Shown: positions 21,353 to 32,200 of the stretch, in pieces
How the letters are laid out: each line of letters opens with the position of its first letter
Numbering within the stretch: the stretch's first letter is position 1
Assembly (NCBI GenBank): GCA_963817955.1
Contig: CAWFQK010000002.1
Coordinates: 224,001 to 288,000, forward strand
Reading direction: 5' to 3'
Origin: an uncultured Gemmatimonadaceae bacterium
Lineage (GTDB): Bacteria; Gemmatimonadota; Gemmatimonadetes; Gemmatimonadales; Gemmatimonadaceae
DNA: 64,000 nt
The notes under the pieces: generated by a model
Seen by the model: the letters and a program-made list of their open reading frames with translations, nothing else
What the model was told of the DNA's origin: nothing
Database searches by the model: none
Program-made: the position numbers and the translations under genes

Positions 21353-22927
21353 TCAACGAGCGCCGTGCTTCTTCGCGGCGCCCGTTTTCTTTGTCCGGGC
21401 AGTCGTTGTGGCAATGGTCTTACTTGACCGCTTTCCCACCACCAACGACTGGCCGGAGAAGATCAGCGCGCGGCGCAGCCCATTCGCCTTCATCAGCGAA
21501 GCCGTCGTCGTATGGTACTTCTTTGCAATGCCGCTCAGCGTCTCTCCGGACTTCACGATGTGCGTCGTGGCGGCATGCGAGCTCGAGTAACGCTCGATGG
21601 ACGGATCGGGGACGGACGCAGCCGCGGTCGCAACAGCGAGTGTGGGCACCACCACTGACTGACCGGCGGCGAGATTGCCGCTCTTCAACACGCGTAGTTT
21701 GGGGTTGTACCGCGCGAGCTGTCGTGCGGTAATGCCGTCGTGTCGCCCTATCGTGGCGAGGCTCTGCCCCTTCTGGGACTCCACGGTGTGGAGTCCCACT
21801 CGCTCGCTCTTCGGCAGGTCGGCGAACGCCAGCGGAAAGCTGTCCGCCATCCCTTCAGGAATGCGGATGAAGAACGAGTCCTTTGGCGGCGTGACCCCGC
21901 GCAGCACGTGCGGATTCAGTTCCTGGATCTCCGATACCTTGGCACGCGCCGCATGTGCCACGGCAGCCAGAGGTGTTGACGGGCCGACTCGCACCGAGTC
22001 GTAGCGAAATGGCGATTCCGGACGCACGGTCATGCCGTACCGGCCAGGCTCCTTGGCGATGAGCGCGACGGCGATCAGTTGCGGTACGTACTCCCGAGTC
22101 TCATTTCGCAAATAGTCCTTCTCGGCGAGTGCGAAAAACAGATCGTCCCCCGTGGTGCCTTCCAGGTCATCGGCATAGCGCGACAGTCCGCGCGCCACAC
22201 GCCCGGGTCCGCCATTGTACGCCGCCGCCGCCAGATACAGCGACCCGAATTGCTCCCGCAGACCCTTGATGAAGCGAACGGCGGCAACGGTGGAACGCAT
22301 CGGATCTCGCCGTTCGTCAACCCACCAGTCGACGCGCATGCCCATGTCGCGCGCGGTCGACGTCATGAACTGCCACATGCCGACGGCGGCCGCACGCGAG
22401 TACGCGTTCGGGTCAAATCCGCTCTCGATGAGAGCCAGATAGTACATGTCCTCCGGTAGGCCACCTTCGCGCATCTTGGTCCGGATCATCGGCTCGAACC
22501 GTGTTCCACGCTCGAGTTGTTCGGTAATCCGCTCCTTCGCCACGCCGCTGAACACGTGGACGTAGTGCTCCACCCGGTCGGTGGACTCGTACGATCGGAC
22601 CTCGATGTCCCACGACGGCGTGTCGACCGCCGAATCCGCGATCGCCGGAGCATTCACTCCCTTGTCTTCGCCAAAGACCTCGACCGCGCGCCGCGTGATG
22701 TCGGTGGAGGTCACGTGGACGGAGTCGGCCATTGGCGCCACCGCGACAGCCGCTGGATCCGGAGCCCGAGCAGACAAGGGGACAACCGGAGTCCCTTCCT
22801 GCACTACGGTGGCTGGAGCTGACGAAACGGCTGGGACCAGAACGGGTTGTGGAACCCCGGGCTGCTGCCGGACGCAGGCCGCAGCAAATACGATGGCCGC
22901 AACAGCCGGCAATGTGCGCTTCGTCAC
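21353..22927 (-). CDS. MltD-like lytic transglycosylase with LysM domains (lipoprotein)
   Basis: IESGF, GMWQFM, AAYNGG, ETREYVP, LysM HIVKSGETLSGIA. Confidence 0.88.
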   Translation of the reverse strand: MTKRTLPAVAAIVFAAACVRQQPGVPQPVLVPAVSSAPATVVQEGTPVVPLSARAPDPAAVAVAPMADSVHVTSTDITRRAVEVFGEDKGVNAPAIADSAVDTPSWDIEVRSYESTDRVEHYVHVFSGVAKERITEQLERGTRFEPMIRTKMREGGLPEDMYYLALIESGFDPNAYSRAAAVGMWQFMTSTARDMGMRVDWWVDERRDPMRSTVAAVRFIKGLREQFGSLYLAAAAYNGGPGRVARGLSRYADDLEGTTGDDLFFALAEKDYLRNETREYVPQLIAVALIAKEPGRYGMTVRPESPFRYDSVRVGPSTPLAAVAHAARAKVSEIQELNPHVLRGVTPPKDSFFIRIPEGMADSFPLAFADLPKSERVGLHTVESQKGQSLATIGRHDGITARQLARYNPKLRVLKSGNLAAGQSVVVPTLAVATAAASVPDPSIERYSSSHAATTHIVKSGETLSGIAKKYHTTTASLMKANGLRRALIFSGQSLVVGKRSSKTIATTTARTKKTGAAKKHGAR

Positions 22928-23040
22928 TACGCTCCCTCCCTGAAAACGACAATCGCCGCCCTGCGAGGGCGGCGATCAACAAGCCCGACGATGAGCGACG
23001 CGACATCAACTCCCGCCTCGCATCATCTGTCGCCTATCAC

Positions 23041-23502
23041 CTATCGCATCGCAACGTAATTACCCAGCACGCGATTTGTCGCGTTCAGCACAGCCATCGC
23101 CGCGCCCCGACGCGTGTCGGTCTCCGCCAGATAGCATCCCACCAGCCGGGTCAACTGCGCGTCCTCGCGCAGAGTAACCGACACAATGAGCAGGTTCGCG
23201 TCGAACGCGCGGACATGTTTCACAGCAAGGAGCTCGAAATGCATGGCACCCCTGGCGAAGTTCTCGAGTGCACGGAGCGCCGCTTCGGCCGCCACGCGGA
23301 AGTCGCCCAACGGGCTGGACTGCCCGGATGCGGAACCGGTGTACACACTTGCATCCCACTCCAGCGAGACCGCCGCCGAGCACTGCCCGGCGGGGCTTCG
23401 CGTGAAGCTGAAGTCCGCGAACTTGAGACGTTCACGCCGCGCAGTCAACGGGAGGACGGCGGTGGCGCTGGATGCAACTGGTTCTTGCAGGGAAAGCGAC
23501 AT
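23041..23502 (-). CDS. Hypothetical protein
   Basis: 153-aa ORF, RBS-like GAGG, ends AVLNATNRVL. Confidence 0.65.
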   Translation of the reverse strand: MSLSLQEPVASSATAVLPLTARRERLKFADFSFTRSPAGQCSAAVSLEWDASVYTGSASGQSSPLGDFRVAAEAALRALENFARGAMHFELLAVKHVRAFDANLLIVSVTLREDAQLTRLVGCYLAETDTRRGAAMAVLNATNRVLGNYVAMR

Positions 23503-23760
23503 GGTGAGCCTCTAAGAAAGGCGAAACCAGGAGCCGCATCGCCCCGCTGCTAAACGAGTGAATTATGCCGAACGCAACAAGGATCTGCTTGTAACGCGCG
23601 TCACGGGATCTAATATTCGCCCGAATGAGACTCCCCATGATCGCTTTCGGGGTTGCGGTCGCCCTGTCCAATGCCGCATTGCCCAGGTTAATGGGGCAAT
23701 CGTCGGTGTTGCATTTCGGGATCTGGAAACTCGCGATATGCTCTATCTGACGGAGCGGTC

Positions 23761-24213
23761 ATGATCATTGCTATAGGTACCGACCACGCCGGCTTCACGC
23801 TCAAGAGCACGATCGTGGAATCGGTGCGCAACGCCGGCCACGAGGTGCTCGACTGCGGCGCGTTCGAGCTGACACCGGATGACGACTACCCCGATTTCGC
23901 CTTTGCCGTGGCCCATGCGCTACTCGAAGCGCGCGCCCACCGCGGCATTCTCATTTGCGGCAGCGGGGTGGGCGCGTCGGTCGCCGCGAACAAGTTCACC
24001 GGCATCCGGTCGGGGCTCTGCCACGACACGTTCTCGGCCCACCAGGGTGTGGAGGACGACGCGATGAACGTGCTCACCATCGGTGCGCGCGTGATCGGAC
24101 CGTCGCTCGCCACCGAGCTTGTCGGTGCGTTTCTGCGCGCCGAGTTCTCCGGCGCCACGCGGCATTTACGGCGACTGGAGAAGGTCAGCGGATTCGAGAA
24201 GCGGCGCTCGTAA
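23761..24213 (+). CDS. rpiB: Ribose 5-phosphate isomerase B family
   Basis: GTDHAG, DYPD, CGSGVG, ANK, RHLRR. Confidence 0.92.
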   Translation: MIIAIGTDHAGFTLKSTIVESVRNAGHEVLDCGAFELTPDDDYPDFAFAVAHALLEARAHRGILICGSGVGASVAANKFTGIRSGLCHDTFSAHQGVEDDAMNVLTIGARVIGPSLATELVGAFLRAEFSGATRHLRRLEKVSGFEKRRS

Positions 24214-24264
24214 ACAACAGCGAGCCAAGTAGCCGTGCGGCCAGTTTCCGCCGAGATTGCAGGC

Positions 24265-24690
24265 ATGACCACTTCGGACTCTATCCCGTTCCTCGCGCAG
24301 CTTCAAAAGCTGGACGATCGCGGTCTCGCCGACACGCTCGGAATCGACGTGCTCGAGCTCACGCCGTCGCGCGTTGTCGCGACCATGCCCGTGAATGATC
24401 GCACGCGGCAGCCGGTGGGGATTCTCCACGGCGGCGCGTCGGTGGCGCTGGCCGAAACTGTCGCCTCACTCGGCGCGGCAGCGAACCTCGATCGCGGCAA
24501 ATTCGTGGCGATCGGACTGGAGATCAACGCCAACCATCTCCGCGCAAAATCAGACGGGATCGTCACGGCCACCGCAACACCAATCTTCGTCGGTCGCACC
24601 ACGCACGTCTGGGATGTGCGGATCAATGATGAGGAAGGCCGCCCAGTATGCGTCTCGCGCTGCACGGTGGTGGTACGGCCGAAGCGTTAA
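24265..24690 (+). CDS. Hotdog-fold (PaaI/MenI-like) thioesterase
   Basis: QPVGILHGGASVALAET, EINANH. Confidence 0.88.
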   Translation: MTTSDSIPFLAQLQKLDDRGLADTLGIDVLELTPSRVVATMPVNDRTRQPVGILHGGASVALAETVASLGAAANLDRGKFVAIGLEINANHLRAKSDGIVTATATPIFVGRTTHVWDVRINDEEGRPVCVSRCTVVVRPKR

Positions 24691-24709
24691 ATGTCCCGTG
24701 TCCCCCCTG

Positions 24710-25033
24710 TCACGTGTCCCCGCTCCGGCACCACTCGGCTACGCGCGTTCGAACCTGGGCCCATCGTGGTTGGCCGGATACGATCGAGCGCGTGTCGAGT
24801 CCACGCAAGCGCACCACGTCCTCGACGAGCCGATAGAATAGCGCGGTAATTTCGTCTTGCGCCAACCCGCGTTGGCGCAGCTCGGCGGCAGCGACGAGCA
24901 CGGCACGACGTAGCGTCGGCATCGCGCGCGTGGGGCTGAGCACAGCCTGTGCGACCGCCCGGTCGAGCCGTGTCTTGAGCCGCGCGGTGAACGGCGCGGC
25001 AATCTCCACCACTCCGTACGGTCGGGCAGTCAT
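24710..25033 (-). CDS. Hypothetical protein
   Basis: Co-oriented small ORF filling the gap; no family recognised. Confidence 0.5.
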   Translation of the reverse strand: MTARPYGVVEIAAPFTARLKTRLDRAVAQAVLSPTRAMPTLRRAVLVAAAELRQRGLAQDEITALFYRLVEDVVRLRGLDTRSIVSGQPRWAQVRTRVAEWCRSGDT

Positions 25034-25052
25034 CGCGGGTCGGGCGCGCGAC

Positions 25053-25376
25053 TCAGCGCCGCAGCATGGCCGCGGCTTCCCACCGCACCGCAGGCGAATC
25101 GCGGTGCCGCTGGACAAACGCGGCGGCTTCGTAGTTTCGCGCGGCCAGGACTTGCCCGCGCAGCCGATGCGCGTTGCGCGTCAGGCGCGGCAGCACGATT
25201 GCCGATGCTTCCGACAGGCGAAGCTGCTCGGATAGCGTGAGTCGCAGGGTTCCAATCCGTGCCGCGTCCGCGCGTTCAACGGGCACACCGGCGGCATGAA
25301 TGGCGGCACCGAACACCGCCGGCGATTCTCGGTGGAGTTCGTTGAGCAAACGACCAACGGTCGTGATTTGCGCCAT
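25053..25376 (-). CDS. Hypothetical protein
   Basis: MAQITTVGRLL...; preceded by a sigma-54-like motif. Confidence 0.5.
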   Translation of the reverse strand: MAQITTVGRLLNELHRESPAVFGAAIHAAGVPVERADAARIGTLRLTLSEQLRLSEASAIVLPRLTRNAHRLRGQVLAARNYEAAAFVQRHRDSPAVRWEAAAMLRR

Positions 25377-25441
25377 GAGTCTGCGTCCGGGTGTCGGCGT
25401 GAGGGCGCTGCAACCAGCGCTCACGAACGAACCTAGGCGGT

Positions 25442-25457
25442 TGCAAGACACGTTCCG
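25442..25457 (-). promoter_or_regulatory. Putative sigma-54 promoter
   Basis: CGGAACGTGTCTTGCA (GG-N10-GC). Confidence 0.4.
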
Positions 25458-25490
25458 ACTGCGTTCACTGCAACTCAGCCGTGACGCGAC

Positions 25491-26093
25491 TCAGAGCGGA
25501 GACGGACCCCGCCAGTTGAGCACACCGAATTTCGGTGCCCTCTCGTTCAGCTCGAGCGTAGTCACCGATGCTGGCGACACGTCAAAGCGCAGCAGATCGT
25601 CGAGCCCAACATTGAGTCCCCAGCAGACGATCGATCGAAGAACGTCACCGTGAGAACACACCACCACGCGCCCACTCGGGTGCGCGCTCTGAATGACGCG
25701 GAGCGCAGCGACTGCCCGATCCTGGACTTCCCCAATGATCTCGCCGCCTGGTATTCGCGTCGCGCTCCGCCGGGTGCGAAACTGCGTCCACCTAGGATCC
25801 TGCTCCAATTCGACGAACGTCTTCCCTGTCCACTCGCCGAAATCGAGCTCGATCAGCGCCGGCACTTGGCACACGTCGAGGCCGAGACTGGCGGCGAGCG
25901 GTGCCACAGTCTCCAGCGTTCGCTCCAGAGGACTCGAATAGATCGCGTCTGGCGCCAGCGGCGCGAGCCATTCGGCAAGCCGCTTGGCTTGTCGCACGCC
26001 TTCCGTATTGAGACGAACCCCGGGCGAACGACCGGCGAGGTACCGACCAATCGGATCACACGCGCCGTGGCGCATCAACAAGAAGGTGGTCAT
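25491..26093 (-). CDS. Histidine phosphatase family protein
   Basis: RHG, SSPLER, EWTG, SHG. Confidence 0.9.
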   Translation of the reverse strand: MTTFLLMRHGACDPIGRYLAGRSPGVRLNTEGVRQAKRLAEWLAPLAPDAIYSSPLERTLETVAPLAASLGLDVCQVPALIELDFGEWTGKTFVELEQDPRWTQFRTRRSATRIPGGEIIGEVQDRAVAALRVIQSAHPSGRVVVCSHGDVLRSIVCWGLNVGLDDLLRFDVSPASVTTLELNERAPKFGVLNWRGPSPL

Positions 26094-26111
26094 GGACTGA
26101 AACTAGCGCGC

Positions 26112-26444
26112 TCAGCGGGCGCTCAGCGTCTTCCGCCTGGCAGCCGACTCTTGCTCCAGACGGCCGCACATGATGTCGCACAGCCGGAATACGTCCTTTC
26201 CAGCCAGCGTGTAATACACGAAGAGTCCCTCTTTGCGGCGATCGACGAACCCCGCTGAAAAGAGGAACTGGAGGTGCTTGGACGCATTGGCCTGCCCAAG
26301 ACCGGTCGAATCGACCACGTCGGTGACCGTCATCTCGCCATCGCGCAGCGCGCTGAGAATCTGGAGCCGCGCCGGCTCAGAGAGCGCCTTGAATCGCTCG
26401 GCGACCAACCCCAGCACATCGGGCGTCAACTTGGCGTGCGTCAC
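26112..26444 (-). CDS. ArsR/SmtB-family repressor with C-terminal CxxxC
   Basis: FKALSEPARLQIL, QANASKHL, RKEG..VYY, LCDIMCG. Confidence 0.88.
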   Translation of the reverse strand: MTHAKLTPDVLGLVAERFKALSEPARLQILSALRDGEMTVTDVVDSTGLGQANASKHLQFLFSAGFVDRRKEGLFVYYTLAGKDVFRLCDIMCGRLEQESAARRKTLSAR

Positions 26445-26508
26445 GTTCGCGTCTCCCAGGAGAGTACTGTATGCCAATATAGTCGGACTACATGCCTTCA
26501 TACGGCAA

Positions 26509-26536
26509 CCGTGTCCCGTGTCCCGTGTCTGGTGTC
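26509..26536 (-). repeat. Heptamer tandem repeat (GACACGG)n after the osmC stop
   Basis: ccgtgtc x3 + tggtgtc on the + strand. Confidence 0.8.
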
Positions 26537-26538
26537 CC

Positions 26539-26979
26539 TTAGACGCCAGCCCCCGTCCCCACCGGCGCCTCGATCAGCACCGCGACCTCCGCTCCGCGCG
26601 ACAAGGTGTTGTGAGCCGGGCAACTGCGGGCGACGCTCTCGAGCATGCTCACATAGTGCTCGGGTACGCCCAGCGGTAGAATGACGCGCGCGACGAATTT
26701 CCCGATCCGGTGCGGATTGGCCGCGCCTACCGTTTCGACCTCTACGCGCAAGCCCGCGTGCGACAGTCCACGCGCCACGCAGAACTGCTGCACGTAGAGC
26801 GCGATACATGTGCCGAGCGATGCGCCGAGCAGTTCGATCGGTGACGGACCGGCGTCGCCGCCGCCGGCGCGTACTGGCTGATCGACGATGAGTTGGTGCG
26901 ACCCCACCTGGGCGGCGAACCGCACCCCCTCCTGATGCGTCACAACGATTGGAGCGCGAACACGTGGTGTAGTCATCAT
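26539..26979 (-). CDS. OsmC-family protein
   Basis: DQP...GG.DAGPSPIELL..LGTC, CPAHNTL. Confidence 0.85.
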   Translation of the reverse strand: MMTTPRVRAPIVVTHQEGVRFAAQVGSHQLIVDQPVRAGGGDAGPSPIELLGASLGTCIALYVQQFCVARGLSHAGLRVEVETVGAANPHRIGKFVARVILPLGVPEHYVSMLESVARSCPAHNTLSRGAEVAVLIEAPVGTGAGV

Positions 26980-27110
26980 GCCCTCCGGGCAACGAATGAG
27001 CGTGGCACGAAGGAATCTATATGACTATACAGTTGAATACTAGCCGGAACTTCCCTTACGCCGCACCGGCGAACCCTGGGCCGGCGCGGCGCCGGAACAT
27101 GCAGCGCGCC

Positions 27111-28184
27111 TTACCGCGGCGCTGGTTTCTGCGGTTGCGCGATGTACTCCGCTGGGATGGCACCGGTCAACGTGCCGAGCCAGGTGTGAATGTCCCGCAC
27201 TTGCGTGCTCGTTAACTCGCGTCCCAGTTGATGGCGCGCCATGAGCAGGATGGCCGAATCGAGCGACGCGATCGACCCATCGTGCAGGTACGGTCCGGTC
27301 TTCTCGACGTTTCTCAACAACGCCACCTTGAACACGTAGAGATCCGCCGGCTGCCCCGTCACGCGGATGCGGCCACTGTCGGTGAGCGCCGGCCATGGCT
27401 TCACGAGTCCAAGCTTCTGGAACGTCTGTCCGCCAACGTAGGGGCCGGCGTGACAGGCCGTACAGCCCGTGCGAACGAACATCGTGAGCCCGCGCACCTC
27501 CTCTGGACTCAACGCCCCCTCTTTGCCACCGACGTAGGCATCCCAACGCGACGGCGTCACCAGTCCGCGCTCGAACGCGCCGATCGCGCGGCCGACATTA
27601 TCGTACGTGACCGGCTGCGCGTCGTTGGGGAACGCACGTCTGAAGGCAGCCTGGTACGTCGCCGACCCCCGCATGTGTGCGAGTACGGCTGCCGAATCCG
27701 GCATCGCCATCTCGGCCGGGTTGAGAATCGGGCCCTTCGCCTGCTCCTCGACCGTGGCGGCGCGGCCATCCCAGAATTGCGCGACCTGTCCCGCGGCATT
27801 GTACACCGTCGGCGCGTTGCGATTGCCGGCATGGCCGAGATCGCCAAAGCTCACCTTCCGACCGTCGGCCCCGTACCCGTTCAGCGGATGGCACGTGTTG
27901 CAGGAGACGTCGTGCCCATCCGACAACACCGTCTCGTGGTACAGCGTTCGTCCGAGCTCTATCTGCGCTGGTGTCGGCGCCGCGCCCGGTGCCGCCATGG
28001 TAGCCGGCAGTTTCGCGAACATCGCCAATTCGGGCGCGGTCAACGGCCGCGCGATGTCGGCGGCGCTCACTTCACCACTCGCGGTACCCTGTTGCGCCGC
28101 GCTCTGCCGTTCGCCCTGGTTCGCCCTTCCACACGCCGCGAACAACGCGGCCACGCCAAGCACCATGATCGCTGGATCTCTCAT
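27111..28184 (-). CDS. Di-haem cytochrome c peroxidase (CcpA/MauG family) lipoprotein
   Basis: CNTCH and CTACH, RNAPTVYNA, QFWDGRA, PYLHDG. Confidence 0.9.
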   Translation of the reverse strand: MRDPAIMVLGVAALFAACGRANQGERQSAAQQGTASGEVSAADIARPLTAPELAMFAKLPATMAAPGAAPTPAQIELGRTLYHETVLSDGHDVSCNTCHPLNGYGADGRKVSFGDLGHAGNRNAPTVYNAAGQVAQFWDGRAATVEEQAKGPILNPAEMAMPDSAAVLAHMRGSATYQAAFRRAFPNDAQPVTYDNVGRAIGAFERGLVTPSRWDAYVGGKEGALSPEEVRGLTMFVRTGCTACHAGPYVGGQTFQKLGLVKPWPALTDSGRIRVTGQPADLYVFKVALLRNVEKTGPYLHDGSIASLDSAILLMARHQLGRELTSTQVRDIHTWLGTLTGAIPAEYIAQPQKPAPR

Positions 28185-28292
28185 TCGGCTCCTCCTCGTT
28201 GAGCCCAAACGATCACGCTCCGGCGAGCCGGTGCCTATCCGGCTTCCGCCCCCGCTGCGTGGGTGGAAGCCGGATGTCCCGTGTCCCGCGTC

Positions 28293-28712
28293 TCAGGTCG
28301 CGCCCTGATCGAGCGCCTGGAGCACCCGCACCATCCGCGCGCGTACGTCCTCGGCAATTGGCCGGATCGACTCGTTACCGGCCAACTGCAGAGCTTCCAC
28401 TGGATCCATCACCGCCACAATGCTGCGCGCCGGATCGTCATCCGCGTACACCACGACATTGCACGGAAGCAGCAACCCAATGTCGAGCTCGGCGCTCAAC
28501 GCGCGATGGGCGAGCGGCGGATTGCATGCGCCCAGAATGACGTATGGACGGAAATCGACACCGAGCTTCTTCTTCATCGTTGCCGCCATGTCGATCTCGC
28601 AGAGCACGCCGAATCCCTCGGCGGCAAGCGCCTCCTTCGTGCGAGCCGTCGCCGCCGCGTACGCCAGTGGAATGTTCGTGCTGAGGCCGTAGCGCGTCGT
28701 CTGTGAAATCAT
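28293..28712 (-). CDS. DUF302 family protein
   Basis: GFGVL, YVILGACNPPLA, LLLPCNVVV. Confidence 0.88.
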   Translation of the reverse strand: MISQTTRYGLSTNIPLAYAAATARTKEALAAEGFGVLCEIDMAATMKKKLGVDFRPYVILGACNPPLAHRALSAELDIGLLLPCNVVVYADDDPARSIVAVMDPVEALQLAGNESIRPIAEDVRARMVRVLQALDQGAT

Positions 28713-28790
28713 TTCAGTCTCCCGTTGCGCGTGGCGGTCAATCTACCATCTCGACTGGAACTGTCCGCCAGGGGTCTCACCACGCCACAC

Positions 28791-28991
28791 TCAGCGGCGC
28801 CGACACCCGAACGCGCCGAATCGTCCGAGCACGCGCTCGAGCGGGCACATATCCGTAAAACTGTATTGCAGCAGATTCGCCCCGACGAACGCCGTGAACA
28901 GCAGCCACGCCGGGTGGACCCACCAACCCAGCGCCAGCGACGCAAGGATGAACACGCCGGCGAAACGGCGAATGATGCGGTCATCGCACAT
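28791..28991 (-). CDS. DUF2892/YgaP-like membrane protein
   Basis: FVGANLLQYSFTDMCP. Confidence 0.82.
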   Translation of the reverse strand: MCDDRIIRRFAGVFILASLALGWWVHPAWLLFTAFVGANLLQYSFTDMCPLERVLGRFGAFGCRRR

Positions 28992-29007
28992 TGGGATATC
29001 CTCGAGG

Positions 29008-29298
29008 TTAGAAGAACGTGTCTGTCGGGAGTACGGCAACGTGCAGCCGCTCGCCGGCGGGTAACCGTGCACTTTCGTCGCGGAGCGTGGTCACTAACTC
29101 GGCGGACTGCGCTTCCGGGGTCACGCTGATCCACAGCGTCGACTCGCCGGGCCAGGCGCGCGACCCATCACGTCGTCCGCTGCTGCCCACGCCGTGCGTA
29201 TTGCGGAATTCCGTGTAGCCACCGGCGTGATGCCGATCAAGCAGTGACGAAATCCGATGCGGCTGCGAGCCGCTGTACACCACCATCAGCATCTTCAT
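29008..29298 (-). CDS. P-II-like (PG0541-type) transporter-associated protein
   Basis: MKMLMVVY, GYTEF...GVGSSG...WPG. Confidence 0.7.
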   Translation of the reverse strand: MKMLMVVYSGSQPHRISSLLDRHHAGGYTEFRNTHGVGSSGRRDGSRAWPGESTLWISVTPEAQSAELVTTLRDESARLPAGERLHVAVLPTDTFF

Positions 29299-32200
29299 CG
29301 ATCAGTGCCTCGCGTGGAGCCACCGGCTCGCGCCGGCGCAGCTCCCAGTAGAGAATTGGAACAACGATCATCGTCAGCAGCGTGGCCACTACCGCGCCAC
29401 TCATCAGCGCTACGGCGAGGCCCTGGAAGATCGGATCGAGCACCATCACCAGGCCGCCCACGACCACGGCGGCCGCCGTGAGCGCAATGGGACGAAAGCG
29501 AACGGCGCCAGCCTCCAGCACCGCTTCCCGCAACGGCCGGCCGCGCGCCTCGGCAAGCTGGATGAAGTCCACCAGCAGAATCGAGTTCCGCACGATGATG
29601 CCGGCGAGCGCGATCATGCCAATCATCGACGTGGCAGTGAAGAACGCACCGCTGATCGCGTGCCCGGGCAAAATGCCGATCAGGGTGAGCGGAATGGGTG
29701 CCATGATCACCAGCGGTACCTTGAACGACTGGAACCAGCCCACCACCAGCACGTAGATGAGCACCAGCACGATGGCGAACGCGAGCCCAAGATCGCGGAA
29801 TACCTCGATCGTCACTTGCCACTCGCCATCCCACTTGATCGCCGTCTCATCGAGCCGACTTGGTGCCACCGCGTTGTAGCGCGCGATCTGCGCGCCGTTC
29901 ACGCGAATGCTGTCGAGGCGCTTGTTCATTGTGAGAATCGCATACACCGGCGACTCGATCTGACCGGCCACGTCGCCGGTCACATAGATCGCTGGTCGCA
30001 GATCCTTGCGGATGCGACTGCTCTCGATGGTGCCGGACACCACGGTGACGAAGCGGGCCAACGGCTGCGGTCCCGTTGCCGTCGCGATCGGGAGCGCCAG
30101 GAGGGCATCGACCGACGAGCGTTGCGCCAGCGGCAAGCGCGGCACGATGGCTGTGCCCTCTCGGGCCGTTGGCGAGCTGGCAATACCAGACGCGGCGCCG
30201 GACAGCGCGAGATAGAGCGTCTGCGTAATCTGTTCCACGCTCGCCCCCGCCTCCGCCGCACGCACACGATCGACGCGGAACGTGCGCTGCTGCTGTGGCG
30301 CCTCGACCGTCCAGTCCACGTCCACCACGCCAGGCGTCGTTTCGAACACGCGCTTCACGTCGCGCGCCGCCTCGAGCCTCACCGAGTCGTTCGCCGCGTA
30401 GACCTCGGCGACGAGCGTCGACAACACGGGCGGGCCAGGAGGAATCTCTGCCACCTTCGCCGACGCGTCGTAGCGGCGAGCGATCGAATCGATGCCGGGG
30501 CGCACGGCAACGGCAATGGCGTGGCTCTGCCGCGAGCGGTCGCCCTTCGGGAGCAGGTTCACCTGCACGTCGGCGACATTCGGACCGGCGCGCATGAAAT
30601 AGTGCCGCACGAGTCCGTTGAAATTGAACGGCGCCGCGGTGCCTGCGTAGACTTCCGTGCTCAGGACCTCAGGCACGTTGTGCAGATACCGTGCGATCTC
30701 CTGTCCAAGCGCGTTCGTCGTCTCGAGCGTCGTGCCCTCGGGAAGATCGAGCACCACTTGGAATTCACTCTTGTTGTCGAATGGCAGCATCTTCACTTTC
30801 ACCGCCTTCAAGAACACGAGTCCCATCGACAGGGCGAGCAACCCGACAATGCTTCCGTAGAAGGTCCGCCGCAGTGCGGGGCGGTCCATCAGCGGCGTCA
30901 TGATCCGCGCATAGAATCGCGCGAATCCCGACCGCTCTTCTTCCTCGTGCGCACGGTCGTGCGCCTTGGCCGGCGTGTGCACGTGCCCCTTGAGGAGCCG
31001 ATAGGCGAGATAGGGCGTCACGATGAACGCCACGGCGAGTGACGCGAGCATCGCGAACGACGCGCCAATCGGGATCGGCCGCATGTACGGCCCCATCATC
31101 CCCGATACGAATGCCATCGGCAAGATTGCCGCGATCACCGTGAACGTCGCGAGGATCGTTGGATTCCCCACTTCGTCCACCGCCTCCACCGCCGCCACTT
31201 CGGGCGTGCGGTCGCCCATCTTCAGGTGACGATAGATGTTCTCGACCACCACGATCGCGTCATCCACCAGAATGCCAATCGAGAAGATGAGCGCGAACAG
31301 CGTGATGCGGTTGAGCGTGTATCCAAGGGCGTAATAGGCGAACAGCGTCAGCGCCAACGTCACGGGTACAGCCACGAGCACGACCGCGGCTTCGCGCCAT
31401 CCGAGAAAGATCCAGATGAGCAGCGTGACCGACAGCGTGGCGATCAGGAGATGGAGAATCAGCTCGCGCGCCTTCTCCCCTGCCGTCGCACCATAGTCAC
31501 GCGTGACCGTGAGCTTGACGTCCGGCGGCAGGAGCCGCGCTTCGGCGGCGTGGACGCGTTCGAGCACGACCTCGGTGACGCGTGTGGCATTCGCGCCCTT
31601 GCGTTTGGCCACGGCAATGGTGACGGCCGGCTCCGATGCGCCCGACCGGTCCTCGTGCGACACGTACGTCGTCGGCTCGCCGAAATCCTCGCTCACGTCG
31701 GCAACGTTGCGAACATAGACCGGGGCGCCCGCTCGTACGCCCACGACCACGCTGCCCACGTCGGCCGACGTCGTGAGCGGCGCACCCACTGCAACACGAA
31801 AGACCTGGTTGGCGTCCGCGAAATCGCCTGCCTGGAGCCGCGCGTTGGCGCTCTTGAGCGCCATCGCCACTTCGCCCGGCGTGACGCCGCTCGCCGCCAG
31901 CCGCGATGCATCCAGCGTCACTCGGATTTGCTTCGGCTGTCCGCCGGTCACAAACGTCTCGGACACATCGGGCACGGTGCGGATCTCATCCTCGAGATGC
32001 ACCGCAATCTGACGCAAGGTGTTTGCATCGTATCGCGTGCCGTGCAGCGTGAGCGCGAGCACCGGCACGTCGTCAATGGAATGCGGCTTGACGACGGGTG
32101 GCAGCGCGCCCGCCGGCGCCTGGTCCATTGCTCCGGCGAGCTTCGCCTGCACCTTGGTGACGCTCCGCTCCTGGTCTTCACCAACCTTGAATCGAACGGT

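Noticed and set aside
17658..23570. Shared GAATTATGCCG upstream of two small minus-strand genes
   Set aside because: Explained by an ordinary CATAAT -10 element
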